Shown here one piece after another: positions 1-14,322 of a stretch of 64,000 nt of DNA. Both the position numbers and the translations under genes were made by a program. The stretch comes from the human T2T-CHM13v2.0 reference genome, Homo sapiens. The notes under the pieces are model-generated. The model searched no databases. It saw nothing but the letters and a program-made list of their open reading frames with translations, and had not been told where the DNA came from. The stretch lies in NCBI RefSeq assembly GCF_009914755.1, contig NC_060927.1. The stretch is one strand, 5' to 3'. Each line of letters opens with the position of its first letter. Within the stretch, counting starts at the first letter, position 1.

Positions 1-59
1 CAAAATTTAAATCATGTCCTAAAACCCTCTCAGTAATTCTGGAACCTTCTCTCCTGCTG

Positions 60-365
60 TTCTCTCATAGATTTCTCCCTTCCAAGCACATTGGCTTCCC
101 AGCTGTTGTTCCAACACACCTGGACACACTTTTCCTTAGGTCACGTCAGTAGGGAATTTCTTCTGCCTAGAAGGCTCTCCACTCATCATTATTATCTATC
201 CTCTCCAGCCCTCCCTCCTTCCACCCCCACCACTAGAATGCAAAACCTGTAAGGCAGGGAGGTTGGCCCTTGTTCACTGCTCTCAGTGCTTCTTCACTGC
301 TCTCACATAATCTCAGTGCTAAGAATTATGCCCATAGTAGTCCTCATACAATGTTTGTCCAATGA
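60..365 (+). mobile_element. L2 LINE 3' end remnant
   Basis: Degenerate L2 3' motifs (cactagaatg...aggcaggga...cttgttcactgct...catagtagtcctcatacaatgtttgt). Confidence 0.55.
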
Positions 366-3300
366 CCGAAAGAACTCATGTTTTGTCCTCATCCTGTACC
401 TTCCTACTTGTGTAACCTTGGCCTGGAATGCCCTTTCTCCCATCTGGAAAGTATTCATTCCTTCAGACTTACTTTTTGGTGAAAAGTCTTTTTCTTTTTC
501 TTCTTCCTTTTCTATTACCCATGCTGGTGATTTAAATACACTTAACCACAATTACCTTTATTATCCCTAAGAAATTTAAGATTCAAGATGGCCAACTAGA
601 TGCAGCCAGGAAGAACATCTGTCACTGAGGGACCGGGACATCAGGAAGACTGGTGCACATTTAACAGATCTTTGGAGGAAAGGCATTAAGAGTGGACAGA
701 GGGAGGACACAGATACTGGGCTGAAGGGAGAGGAAGCTGGGAACACTGCATGGGGCTACTGCACACTAGGACTTATTCCTGGCCCCCAGTGACTCTTGGG
801 GAAGGGATGAGTTGAATGGGCAAGGAGTGACCCACCCTTACCATGGACCTCTGGAATCCTGGCAGCCAAAGACCCCATGACCCCCATGGACACTTAAGCT
901 GGCAAGGATAACCGTTTAGAGAGGTAGTAGGGGCAGGACTCCAGCCTGCAAGGAGCCCAGGGGGTTTGGTGCAGGAGTGTCTGAAGTGGAGCATGACCAG
1001 GGATGCCCATCTCTCAAGGCTCACCATGCTCCCCTAGGAGAGTTTAGCCTTACAGAAACTATCGGACCTGAACAGAGCAGGACAGTCTTGCCTGTGAGAT
1101 GTGAGCAGTCTTATCTGAGTGCCCCACTGTCTGCTAGCCTCTTCTTGGCCTGTCCAAGTCTGCTTGCAGTGCAGCCTCAGATGCCCAACTAGGGTGCGTT
1201 TTGTGAATCCATATCATAGATCCTTTGTTGTCATACCATCAGAGAGCTCCAAAAGAGCAGCCTGTGCCGACGTGCACCAACCCACCCACACCCTCCCCTG
1301 ACTGCAGCCTCCTTCGCGTCACTTTGCCTGCGCTCATTTGCCCACGTCCACTCCACACTGCTTAGCCAGCATGGTGCCTGCCCTCCTTCTCTGACATGGG
1401 TGTGCACATGTACCCCACCATGCCACTGTTGCCGACATAAGTGCATGGAGGCCAGTGGCCTTGTCCCCCACGCATTGCTGCTGCTGCCAGTAAAAACACA
1501 CACATGGAGCCGATAGCGCTGTCCCCATCAGTGCCTTGTCCCTGTGCACACACCACCACCAGTGTGAATGTGTACAAAAAGGCGACTGCCCCCAAGCCTA
1601 CCAGTACCCCACCTAAGCTGCTGAGCATGGACCCGCCTTGCTGCCACTGTTGTTGGCATATGCGAACAAGCATAGATCCTGCTACAACTGCCCCAAAGAA
1701 GCACTTTTGCTGGCATCACCCATTGGAGTATTGTTGCTAGTGGTCCTAACCTCCAGCAGCCAGAGGACAAAGCCAGGGGCCCGATACCAGCCCCCTAGAG
1801 TTATAGCATGCAGCCCAGAAGTGCTGAGCTGATCCTTGGTCTCCTAAAATCTTCCAGAAATGAAGACAGTCAACTTAACCCACCTTATATAACAATCAAA
1901 CGCCCAAGGGCATCAAAGAAGATAAAAGCAAAAAAAAATTAAAACTCATCCAAAGGACAGCAACTTCAAAGATTGAAGGAACGTCAGCCTATGCAAATGA
2001 GAAAGAACCAGCACAGGAACTGTGGCAACTCAAAAAGCCATAGTGTCTTCTTACCTCCAGATGACCACACTAGTTCCCCAGCAGTGGTTCTTAAGCAGGC
2101 TGAAACAGCTGAAGTGACAGAATTAGAATTCAGAATATGGATAGACATAAAGATAATTAAGATTCAGGAGAAAGTTGAAACTCAATCCAAGGATTCAATG
2201 GCATATGATAAAATTATGCAGGTGATAAAATACAAAACGGCTATTTTAAGGAAGAACCATACTGATCTGATGGAGCTGAAAAAGTCACCTAAATAATTCC
2301 AGAATATAATTACAGTATTAACAGAGAATTGACAAACTTGAGGAAAGATCTCAGAGCTTAAGACTTGTTCTTCGAAATATCTCAGATAAAAATGAAGAAA
2401 AAAATTAAACAATAATGAACAAAACTTCTGAGAAATATGGGATCATATAAAGAGAAGAAATCTGTGACTCATTGGCATCTCTGAAAGAGAGAGAGAAAGG
2501 AAGCAAGTTGTAAAACATCTTCCAGGATATATCCATGGAACTTTTCCCAACTTTGCTAGAGGAGCCAACATTCAAACTCAGGAAGTGCAGAGAACCCCTG
2601 TGAGATACTGCACAAGACAACCATCCCCAAGACACATAGTCCTCAGGTTCTCCAAGGTTGAAATGAATGAAAAAGTGTTAAAGGACCTAGAGAGGAGGGG
2701 CAGGTCACCTACAAAGGGAACCCCATCAGGCTAACAGCAGACCTTTCAGCAGAAACCCTATAAGCCAGAAGAGATTGGGGGTCTGTATTCAGCATTCTAA
2801 AAAAAATTCCAGCTAAAAACTTCATATCAGCCAAACTAAGATTAAGATAACTAAGATAAGCCAGGGAGAAATAATATCCTTTTCAGACAAGCAAACATTA
2901 AGGATGTTTGTTACCACCAGACTTGCCTTATAAGAGGTCCTTAAGGGAGTGCTACATATGGAAAGAAGAGACCATTACTGGCCATTAGAAAAAGACACTT
3001 AAGTACACAGATCATTGACACTATAAAGCAACCACACAAACAAGTCTGCAAAATAACCACCTAACAACATGATGACAGGATCAAATCTGCATATATGAAT
3101 ATTAATCTTGAATGTACATGGGCTAAATGCCTCAATCAAAAGGCACAGAGTGGCAAGTTGGATAAAGAAGCAAGACCCAATGGTATGCTGTCTTCAAGAG
3201 ACTCATGTCACATGCAATGACACCTATAGGCTCAAAGTAAAGGGATGGAGAAAAATTTAGCAAGCAAATGGAAAACAGAAAAAAGCAAGGGTTGCTATTC

Positions 3301-3791
3301 TAATTTCAGACAAAACAGACTTTAAACCAATGAAGATTTTTTTAAAAAGGGCATTACATAATAATAAAAGGGTCAATTCAACAAGAAGACCTAACTATCC
3401 TAAATATATATGCACCCAACACAGGAACACCCAGATTCATAAAGCAAGTTCTTAGAGATCTATGAAGAGACTTAGATAACCACACAATAATAGTTGGAAA
3501 CTCCAACACCCCACTGACAGTATTAGTTCAGTGGGGAAGAAAACTAACAAAGATATTGAGGACCCGAACTTTACACTTGACCAAATGGACCTAGTAGATA
3601 TCTACACAACTCACCACCTCAAAACAACAGAGTATGCATTCTTCTCATCTGCATATGGCACATACTCTAACATTGACCATACAATTGGCCAAGAAACCAT
3701 CTTCAGCAAATTCACAAAATCCAAAATTTGGATCACAGCACTCTTGGATCACAGTGCAATAAAAACAGAAATCAATACTAAGAAAATCACA

Positions 3792-4005
3792 GGCAGGTGC
3801 ACTAGCTCATGCCTATAATCCCAGCACTTTGGGAGGCTGAGGCGGGAGGATCGCTTAAACCCAGGAATTCACAACTAACCTGGACAGCATATTGAGACCT
3901 CATCTCTAAAAAAAGAAAGAAAGAACAAAAGAAGGAAGGAAGGAAAGAAAGAAAGAAAAGAAAGAAAGGACGGAAGGAAGGAAAGAAAGAAAGGAAAGAA
4001 AGAAA
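3792..4005 (+). mobile_element. Alu monomer (FLAM_C-like) with (GAAA/GGAA)n tail, inserted in L1 ORF2
   Basis: Single-arm Alu sequence followed by a purine microsatellite. aaatcac recurs on both sides. Confidence 0.8.
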
Positions 4006-5564
4006 ATAAATCACTCAAAAAAAAACTATATGATTACATGGAAATTAAACAATGTGCTCCTGAATGACTTGGGTGAACAATGAAATTAAGGCAGAAATCA
4101 AGAAATTCTTTGAAATGAATGAGAGAGAAGATACAACATACCAGAATGTCAGGGATGCAGCTAAAGCAGTGTTAAGTGGGAAGTTTATAATGCTAAATGC
4201 CCACATCAAAGTTAGAGAGATCTCAAATTAACAACCTACCATCACACCTTGAGGAACTAGAGAAAGAAGAGCAAACCAACCCTAAAGCTAGCAGAAGACA
4301 AGAAATAACCAAAATCAGAGCTGAAATGAAGGAAATCAAAATGCAAAAAATAAAGTAAAAACAAACAATGAGTCCAGGAGTTGGTTTTTTGAAATAATAA
4401 ATAAGATAGACTGCTATCTAGACTAATAAAAAAAGGGAGATCCAAATAAACACAATCAGAAATGACAAAGGAGATGTTACCACCAACCCCACAGAAATAG
4501 AAAAAACCCTCGGGGACTACTTCAAACATCTCTGTGCACACAAAGCAGAAAGCTTAGAAGAAATGGATAAATTGATGGAAAAACACAACCTCCCAAAATT
4601 AAAGAAATTGAATCCCTGAACAGACCAATAATGAGTTCTGAAATTGAATCAGTAATAAAAAGCCTACCAAAAAGAAAAGCCCAGGACTAGATATAGATTC
4701 ACAGCTGAATTCTACCAGATGTATAAAGAAGAGCGGATATCATTCCTATTGAAACCATTCCAAAAAATTGAGGAGGGTCTTCTCTCTAACTCACTCTATA
4801 AGGCTAGCATTATCCTGATACTAAAACAAAGCAAAGACACAAGAAGAAAAGAAAACTTCAGGCCAACATCCTTGATGAGCATAGATGCCAAAATCCTCAA
4901 CAAAATACAGCAGACTGAATCTAGAAGCACATCAAAAAGCTGTGAAGTTGCAAAGTTGGCTCAGCATATGCAAATCAATAAGCATGATTCATCACATTGT
5001 GAAAGGAAAATAAATCTCAGGGCCCCAAAATCACTAAGCCAAAGGGAAGAGTCAAGCTGGGAAGGGCGTAGGGAAAACCTGCCTCCTATTCTATTCCTAA
5101 ATAAGATAGCTACAAAGATAAAAAAGCTGCAAATCTCCCTCAAAATTTGCCCACAGGGAAATTCCTTGTAGACAAAGGGCAGGCAGAACTCAAAGTCATC
5201 CTTCTGCTCTTGTGAGATAAATGCATATCTGATTGCTTCATTTGCCCTATTATTTCACTAAGCCAGACTAAGGCATAAGTGACTATTACTGTAAATTGTG
5301 CATTCAGTGAAAGGCTAATCAGAAACTCAAAAGAATGCAAACAGTTGTCTCTTATCTACCTATGACCTGGAAATCCCCTCCGTGCTTTGAGTTGTCTTGC
5401 CTTTCTAGCCTGAACAAATGTACATTTTACATAAATTGATTGATGTCTCATATCTCCCTAAAATGTATAAACCGAGGCTGTGCCCTGACAACCTTGGGGA
5501 CATGTGGTCAGGACCTCTGGAGGCTGTGTCAGGGGCAAGTCCTTTACCTTGGCAAGATAAACTT

Positions 5565-8500
5565 ACTTTCTTTCTTTTTTTTTTATTATTTAAGTTCTAG
5601 GGTACGTGTGCACAAAGTGCAGGTCTGTTACATATGTATACATGTGCCATACTGGTGTTCTGCACCCATTAACTCTTCATTTACATTAGGTATATCTCCT
5701 AATGCTGTCCCTCCCCCCTCCGCCCACCCCACGACAGGCACCAGTGTGTGATGTTCCCCTTCCTGTGTCCAAGTGTTCTCATTGTTCAATTCCCACCAAT
5801 GAGTGAGAACATGTAGTGTTTGGTTTTCTGTCCTTGTGATAGTTTGCTAAGAATGATGATTTCCAGCTTCATCCATGACTCTACAAAGGACATGAACTCA
5901 TCCTTTTTTATGGCTGCATAGTATTCCATGGTGTAATGTGCCACATTTTCTTAATCCAGTCTATCATTGATGGACATTTGGGTTGGTTCCAAGTCTTTGC
6001 TATTGTGAATAGTGCCGCCATAAACATACGTGTGCACGTGTCTTTATAGCAGCATGATTTATAATCCTTTGGGTATATACCCAGTAATGGGATGGCTGGG
6101 TCAAATGGTATTTCTAGTTCTAGATCCTTGAGGAATCGCCACACTGTCTTCCACAATGGTTGAACTAGTTTACACTCCCACCAAAAGTGTAAAAGTGTTC
6201 CTGTTTCTCCAATATCCTCTCCAGCACCTGTTGTTTCCTGACGTTTTAAGGATCACCATTCTAACTGGTATGAGATGGTATCTCATTGTGGTTTTGATTT
6301 GTGTTTCTCTGATGGCCAGTGATGATGAGCATTTTTCCATGTGTCTGTTGGCTGCATAAATGTCTTCTTTTGAGAAGTGTCTGTTCATATCCTTCGCCCA
6401 CTTTTTGATTTTGATGGGGTTTTCTTCTTGTAAATTTGTTTGAGTTCTTTGTAGATTCTGGATATTAGCCCTTTGTCAGATGGGTAGATTTCAAAAATTT
6501 TCTCCCATTCTATAGGTTGCCTGTTCACTCTGATGGTAGTTTCTTTTGCTGTGCAGAAGCTCTTTAGTTTAATTAGATCCTATTGGTCAGTTTTGGCTTT
6601 TGTTGCCATTGCTTTTGGTGTTGTAGACATGAAGTCCATGCCCTTGCCTATGTCCTGAATGGTACTGCCTAGGTTTTCTTCTAGGGTTTTTATGGTTTTA
6701 GGTCTAACATTTAAGTCTTTAATCCATCTTGAATTAATTTTTGTATAAGGTGTAAGGAAGGGATCCAGTTTCAGCTTTCTACATATAGTTAGCCAGTTTT
6801 CCAAGCACCATTTATTAAATAAGGAATCCTTTCCCCATTTCTTGTTTTTGTCAAGTTTGCAAAGATCAGATGGTTATAGATGTGTGGTATCATATCTGAG
6901 GGCTCTGTTCTGTTCCATTGGTCTATATCTCTTTTTTGGTACCAGTACCATGCTGTTTTGGTTGCTGTAGCCTTGTAGTATAGTTTGAAGTCAGGTAGCG
7001 TGATGCCTCCAGCTTTGTTCTTTTGGCTTAGGATTGTCTTGGCAATGCAGGCTCTTTTTTGGTTCCATATGAAATTTAAAGTAGTTTTTTCCAATTCTGT
7101 GAAGAAAGTCATTGGTAGCTTGATGGGGATGGCATTGAATCTATAAATTACCTTGGGCAGTATGGCCATTTTCACGATATTGATTCTTCCTATCCATGAG
7201 CATGGAATGTTCTTCCATTTGTTTGTGTCCTCTTTTATTTCGTTGAGCAGTGGTTTGTAGTTTTCCCTGAAGAGGTCCTTCACATCCCGTGTAAGTTGGA
7301 TTCCTAGGTATTTTATTCTCTTTGAAACAATTGTGAATGGGAGTTCACTCATGATTTGGCTCTCTGTTTGTCTGTTATTGGTGTATAGGAATGCCTGTGA
7401 TTTTTGCACATTGATATTGTATCCTGAGACTTTGCTGAAGTTGCTTATCAGCTTAAGGAGATTTTGGGCTGAGACGATGGGGTTTTCTAAATATACAATC
7501 ATGTCATCTGCAAACAGGGACAATTTGACTTCCCCTTTTCCTAATTGAATACCCTTTATTTCTTTCTCCTGCCTGATTGCCCTGGCCAGAACTTCCAACA
7601 CTATGTTGAATAGGAGTGGTGAGAGAGGGCATCCCTATCTTGTGGAAGTTTTCAAAGGGAATGTTTCCAGTTTTTGCCCATTCAGTATGATATTGGCTGT
7701 GGGTTTGTCATAAATAGCTCTTATTATTTTGAGATACGTCCCATCAATACCTAATTTATTGAGAGTTTTTAGCATGAAGCGTTGTTGAATTTCGTCGAAG
7801 GCCTTTTCTGCATCTATTGAGATAATAATGTGTTTTTTGTCTTTGGTTCTGTTTATATGATGGATTACATTTATTGATTTGCGTATGTTGAACCAGCTTT
7901 GCATCCCAGGGATGAAGCCCACTTGATCACTGTGGATAAGCTTCTTGATGTGCTGCTGCATTCGGTTTGCCAGTATTTTATCAAGGATTTCTGCATCAAT
8001 GTTCATCAGGGATATTGGTCTAAAATTCTCTTTTTTTGTTGTGTCTCTGCCAGGCTTTGGTATCAGGATGATGCTGGCCTCATCAAATGAGTTAGGGAGG
8101 ATTCCCTCTTTTTCTGTCAATTGGGATAGTTTCAGAAGGAATGGTAAAAGCTCTTCCTTGTACATCTGGTAGAATTTGGCTGTGAGTCTGTCTGGTCCTG
8201 GACTTTTTTTGGTTGGTAGGCTATTAATTATTGCCTCAATTTCACAGCCTGTTATTGGTCTATTCAGAGATTCAACTTCTTCCTGGTTTAGTCTTGGGAG
8301 GGTGTATGTGTCCAGGAATTTATCCATTTCTTCTAGATTTTCTAGTTTATTTGTGTAGAGGTGTTTATAGTATTCTCTGATGGTAGTTTGTATTTCTGTG
8401 GGATCGGTGGTGATAACCCCTTTATCATTTTTTATTGCATCTCTTTGATTCTTCTCTCTTTTCTTCTTTATTAGATCAATTTTGTTGATCTTTTCAAAAA

Positions 8501-8928
8501 ACCAGCTCCTGGATTCATTGATTTTTTGAAGGGTTTTTTGTGTCTCTGTCTCCTTCAGTTCTGCTCTGATCTTAGTTATTTCTTGCCTTCTGCTAGCTTT
8601 TGAATGTGTTTGCTCTTGCTTCTCTAGTTCTTTTAATTGTGATGTTACGGCATCAATTTTAGATCTTTCCTGCTTTCTCTTGTGGGCATTAAGTGCTATA
8701 AATTTTCCTCTACACACTGCTTTAAATGTGTCCCAGAGATTCTGGTATGTTGTGTCTTTGTTCTCATTGGTTTCAAATAACATCTTTATTTCTGCCTTCA
8801 TTTCGTTATGTACCCAGTAGTCATTCAGGAGCAGGTTGTTCAGTTTCCATGTAGATGAGCAGTTTTGAGTGAGTTTCTTAATCCTGAGTTCTAGTTTGAT
8901 TGCACTGTGGTCTGAGAGACAGTTTGTT
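5565..8928 (-). mobile_element. 5'-truncated younger L1 (L1PA4-like), ~3.4 kb, antisense, inside the MER4-type LTR
   Basis: T-rich tail at ~5565-5590, L1PA 3'UTR, and ORF2 fragments 7635-8801, 6789-7601 (RT motif LFADDM), 6580-6804, 6170-6388 and 5908-6156. 16-bp TSD ttggcaa[g/a]ataaactt at 5549-5564 and 8929-8944. Confidence 0.95.
5908..8801 (-). pseudogene. Fragmented L1 ORF2p (Z, reverse transcriptase and C-terminal regions; no endonuclease domain)
   Basis: Track translations match L1 ORF2p ([24 protein letters not shown]) but are broken into at least 5 pieces by stops and frameshifts. Confidence 0.9.
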
Positions 8929-10569
8929 TTGGCAAAATAAACTTTCTAACTTGATTGAGACTTGTCTCAGATACCTTTTGATTTACAGCAGAAGCAGAAT
9001 TGAAAACAAAAACCACATAATCATCTCAATAGATGAAGAAGTCTTTCAGTAAAGTTCAACATGCCTTCATGTTAAAAACCCTCAAAAAATTAGGCATGGA
9101 AGAAGCATATCTCAAAATAATAAGAGCCATCTTTAACAAACCCCAAGTCAAGATTGTACTGAATGGGCAAAAGCTGGAAGCATTCCCCTTGAGAAACAGA
9201 ACAAGACAAGGGTGTCCTCTCTCACCACTCCTATTCGATATAGTATTTAAAGTTCTAGCAGAGCAATCAGGCAAGAGAAAGAAATAAAAGGCATCCAGAG
9301 AGGAAGTCAAACTATCCCTGTTTGAAGATGACATGATTCTATACCTAGAAAACCCCATAGTCTCTGCCCAAAAGCTCCTAGATCTGATAAACAACTTCAG
9401 CAAAGTTTCTGGATACAAAATTAACATACAAAAATCAGTAACATTCCAATACACCAACAACATCCAAGCTGAGAGCCAAATCAAGAACACAACTCCATTC
9501 ACAATTGCCGCAAAAAGCATGAAATACCTAGGAATACAGCTAATCAGAGAGATGAAAGATCTCTACAGTGAGAATTACAGAACACTGCTCAACAAAATCA
9601 GAGATAAACAAGTAGAAAAACATTCCATGCTCATAGTAGGAAGAATTGATATTGTTAAATTGCCATACTGCCCAAAGAAATTTACAGGTTCAATGCTATT
9701 CCTATCAAATTACCAATGATAGTCTTCACAGAATTAGAAAAAAAGATTTTAAAATTCATTTGGAATCAAAAAAGAGCCTGCATAGCCCAAGCAAGCCTAA
9801 GCAAAAAGAACAAAGCTGGAAGCATCACATTACCTGTCTCCAAACTTTACTACAAGGCTACAGTAAACAAAATAGCATGATGCTGGTACAAAAACAGACA
9901 CATAGACCAGTGGAACATAATAGAGAGCTCAGAAATAAGGCCGCACATCTACAACCATCTGATCTTTGATAAAACTGACAAAAACAAGCAATGGAGAAAA
10001 GACTCCCTATTCAATAAATGGTGCTTGGATAACTGGCTAGCCATATGCGGAAAATTCAAACTGAACCCCTTTCTTACATCATATACAAAAATAAACTGAA
10101 CATAGATTAAAGACTTAAATATGAAACCTAAAAATATAAAAACCCTGGAAGATAACCTGGGAAATACCATCCTGGACATAGGACCTGGCAAAGATTTCAC
10201 AATGAAGACACCAAAGGCAATTGTAACAAAAACAAAAATTGACAAATGAAACTAGTTAAGCTAAAGAGCTTCTGCAGAGCAAAAGAAATTATCAATAGAC
10301 TAAGCAGTTAACCTTCAGAATGAGAGAAAATATTTGCAAACTATGTATTTGACAAAGGTCTAATATCCAGAATCTATAAGGACTTAAACAAATTAGCAAG
10401 CAAAAACCAAACAACCTGATCAAAAAGTGGGCAAAGAACCTGAACAGACACTTTTCGAAAGAAGACATACACATGGCCAACAAGCATATGAAAAAATGCT
10501 CAATATTACTAGTGATTAGAAAAATGCAAATCAAAACCACAATAAGATACCATCTCACACCAGTTAGAA

Positions 10570-10978
10570 TACACCATGGGATACTATGCAGCCATAAAAA
10601 GCAATGAGATCAAGTCCTTTGCAGGGAAATGGATGGAGCTGGAAGCCATTATCCTCAGCAAACCAATACAGTAACAGAAAACCAAACACCACATGTTCTG
10701 ACTCATAAGTGACAGCTGAACAATAAGAACACATGGACACAGGGAGGGGAACAACACAAACTAGGACCTGTCAGAGTGGGGATGGGGTCAAGGAGAGCAT
10801 GAGGAAAAATAGCTAATGCATGTGGGGCTTAATACTTAGGTGATGGATTGATAGGTACAGGAAACCACCATGGCACATGTTTACCTCTGTAATAAACTTG
10901 CATATCCTGGACATGTACCCCAGAAATTACTATAAAATTAAAAAAAGAAAATTCCAAAAAAAAAGTAAAAAAAAAAAA
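10570..10978 (+). mobile_element. Short L1 3'-end fragment (L1PA10-13-like) inserted co-directionally in the older L1
   Basis: A complete second L1 3'UTR with an A-rich tail interrupts the host between ccagttagaat and aaaagtcaaaaaataacaga. Its 3'UTR differs from the host's own at 11290-11598. Confidence 0.75.
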
Positions 10979-11670
10979 GTCAAAAAATAACAGATACTGG
11001 CATGGTTTCAGAGAAAAGGGGACACATATACACTGCTTGCTGGTGGGAATGCAAATTAGTTCAGCCATTGTGGAAAGCAGTGTGGTGATTTCTCAAAGAA
11101 CTCAAAACAATTACTATTCGACCCAGCAATCCCATTATTGGGTATATATACCCAAAGTAATATAAATTACTGTACTATAAAGACACATGCACATGAATGT
11201 TCACCACAGCACTATTCACAATAGCAAAGACATGGAATCAACCTATATGCTCATCAACAGTAGACTGAATAAAGAAAATGTTCATGTACACCATGGGATA
11301 ATACACGGCCATAAAAAAGAATGAGATCATGTTCTTTGCAGCAACGTGGATGGAGCAAGAGGCCATTAGCCTAAGGAACAGAAAATCAAATACTGTATGT
11401 TCACACTTGTAAGTGGGAACTAAACATTGAATACACATGGATACAAAGAAGGGAACAAGAGACACTGGGGTCTACTTGATGGGGGAGGGTGGGAGGAGAG
11501 TGAGGATCAAAAAACTACCTACTGAGTACATGTAATTTACCTATATAACAAACCTGCATATGTACCACTCAACCTAAAATAAAAGTTAAAAAAATTAACA
11601 TAAAATATTTTCTAGTGAATATTCCCTATTCAAATTTCCTCAACTGTCACAGTAATGCCTTTGTAGTTAA

Positions 11671-11970
<300 letters not shown>

Positions 11971-12481
11971 TAAAAATTTTTAATCCAAGATTTAATCAAG
12001 GATTATACATTATCTTATTTTTGAAATTTGCTTTGTTTTCCATGTATCTATCACTAATTCATGCCCATCATTTCCAAGGGAAGAGTAAACTCCTTTCTCA
12101 GCAAGGTCAAATAAATGAGAAATCTATCAGTTCTGTTTGTTTTTCTTGGAGATGCCGCTCCCAAAAGTCTTCTTTGTATTATATGCCCACTGCACAGTTT
12201 CCTCTGGACACTTGGCGTCACACATCATCTCCCTCCTAGATTAGAGTCCATGTGAACTGGATCCCAGGTCTTTCTCTGTCTTGATTTGTTGTTCTTTTGT
12301 TTTGGTAAAAAAACATCCTTCAGTAGCTTCTTGCAGGAGGGTGCATTGGAGGTAAATTTTTTGAGAACGTGCATGCCTCAAAATATGCTACCCTCACATT
12401 CAGCTGGGAGTTTATTTGGGTATAGAATTCTAGGTGTAAATGTAACTTACTCTTAACATTTTGCAGGTACTGTTCTGTTGA

Positions 12482-12871
<390 letters not shown>

Positions 12872-13219
12872 TGAAGGTTTTTAGGATTATGTATCCCTCA
12901 TGTTCTAAAATTGTGCAGTGGTATGCCTTCGGTCATTTTTTTTAATTTTAATTCAGGAAGCTGGGTACTAGGTTGATGCTTTCAATTTGGAAACTTATTT
13001 CTTTCAGTTTGGGGGAAATATTTTTGTATTATTAAAGAAATAATGTTCTTGTATTATTTCTTTAATAATACAAGAACATTTGATTTATTCTCATTTATTT
13101 TTCCAGATCCTCTTTAGTCTAATGTTGAGGATCCTGGATTTACCTCCTAAATATTTCCATCATTTTTCTATTTTCTCCTTCTGCTTTTTTTGAGACTTTC
13201 TGAAACTTTTCTTCTAACC

Positions 13220-14158
<939 letters not shown>

Positions 14159-14322
14159 CCCTTCCTGATAGCACCTTTTTAATGTTTCATGGGTCCAACA
14201 GCTTTTCTTCTTTTTCAGAGGATACTAATTGCAGTTTCTTTGAAATTTTCTTCTTTTGTCTCTGGTTCCTCTAAGTTCCCCCATCCACATTTTTTTGCCT
14301 TGGTATATGCCTCTTATACCAA

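Larger units (their letters stand above)
4998..8987 (+). mobile_element. Solo ERV1 LTR (MER4A/MER4A1-like), split by an L1 insertion into 4998-5564 and 8929-8987
   Basis: Begins tgtgaaaggaaaataaatctcagggccccaaaatcactaagcc and ends gagacttgtctcagataccttttgatttaca (TG...CA). It interrupts the old L1 ORF2. Confidence 0.8.
580..11598 (+). mobile_element. Near full-length, inactivated old primate L1 (L1PA15/16-like) carrying several nested insertions
   Basis: Starts caagatggcc. GC-rich 5'UTR runs to ~1990, then decayed ORF1 (~1996-2995). ORF2 starts ~3069 (atgatgacaggatcaaat) and resumes at ~8988 ([16 protein letters not shown]...). The 3'UTR ends cctaaaataaaagttaaaaaa. Many stops and frameshifts. 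Degenerate TSD aagaaatttaa (569-579) / aaaaaattaa (~11589-11598). Confidence 0.9.

Noticed and set aside
977-1832. Overlapping ORFs and GC-rich sequence suggesting a gene or CpG-island promoter
   Set aside because: This lies within the 5'UTR of the old L1. It is CpG-depleted and the peptides are not recognisable.
6789-8801. 388-aa and 270-aa ORFs as an active reverse transcriptase or novel gene
   Set aside because: These are ordinary L1 ORF2 pieces. The element is 5'-truncated, has no promoter, ORF1 or endonuclease domain, and is broken by stops and frameshifts.
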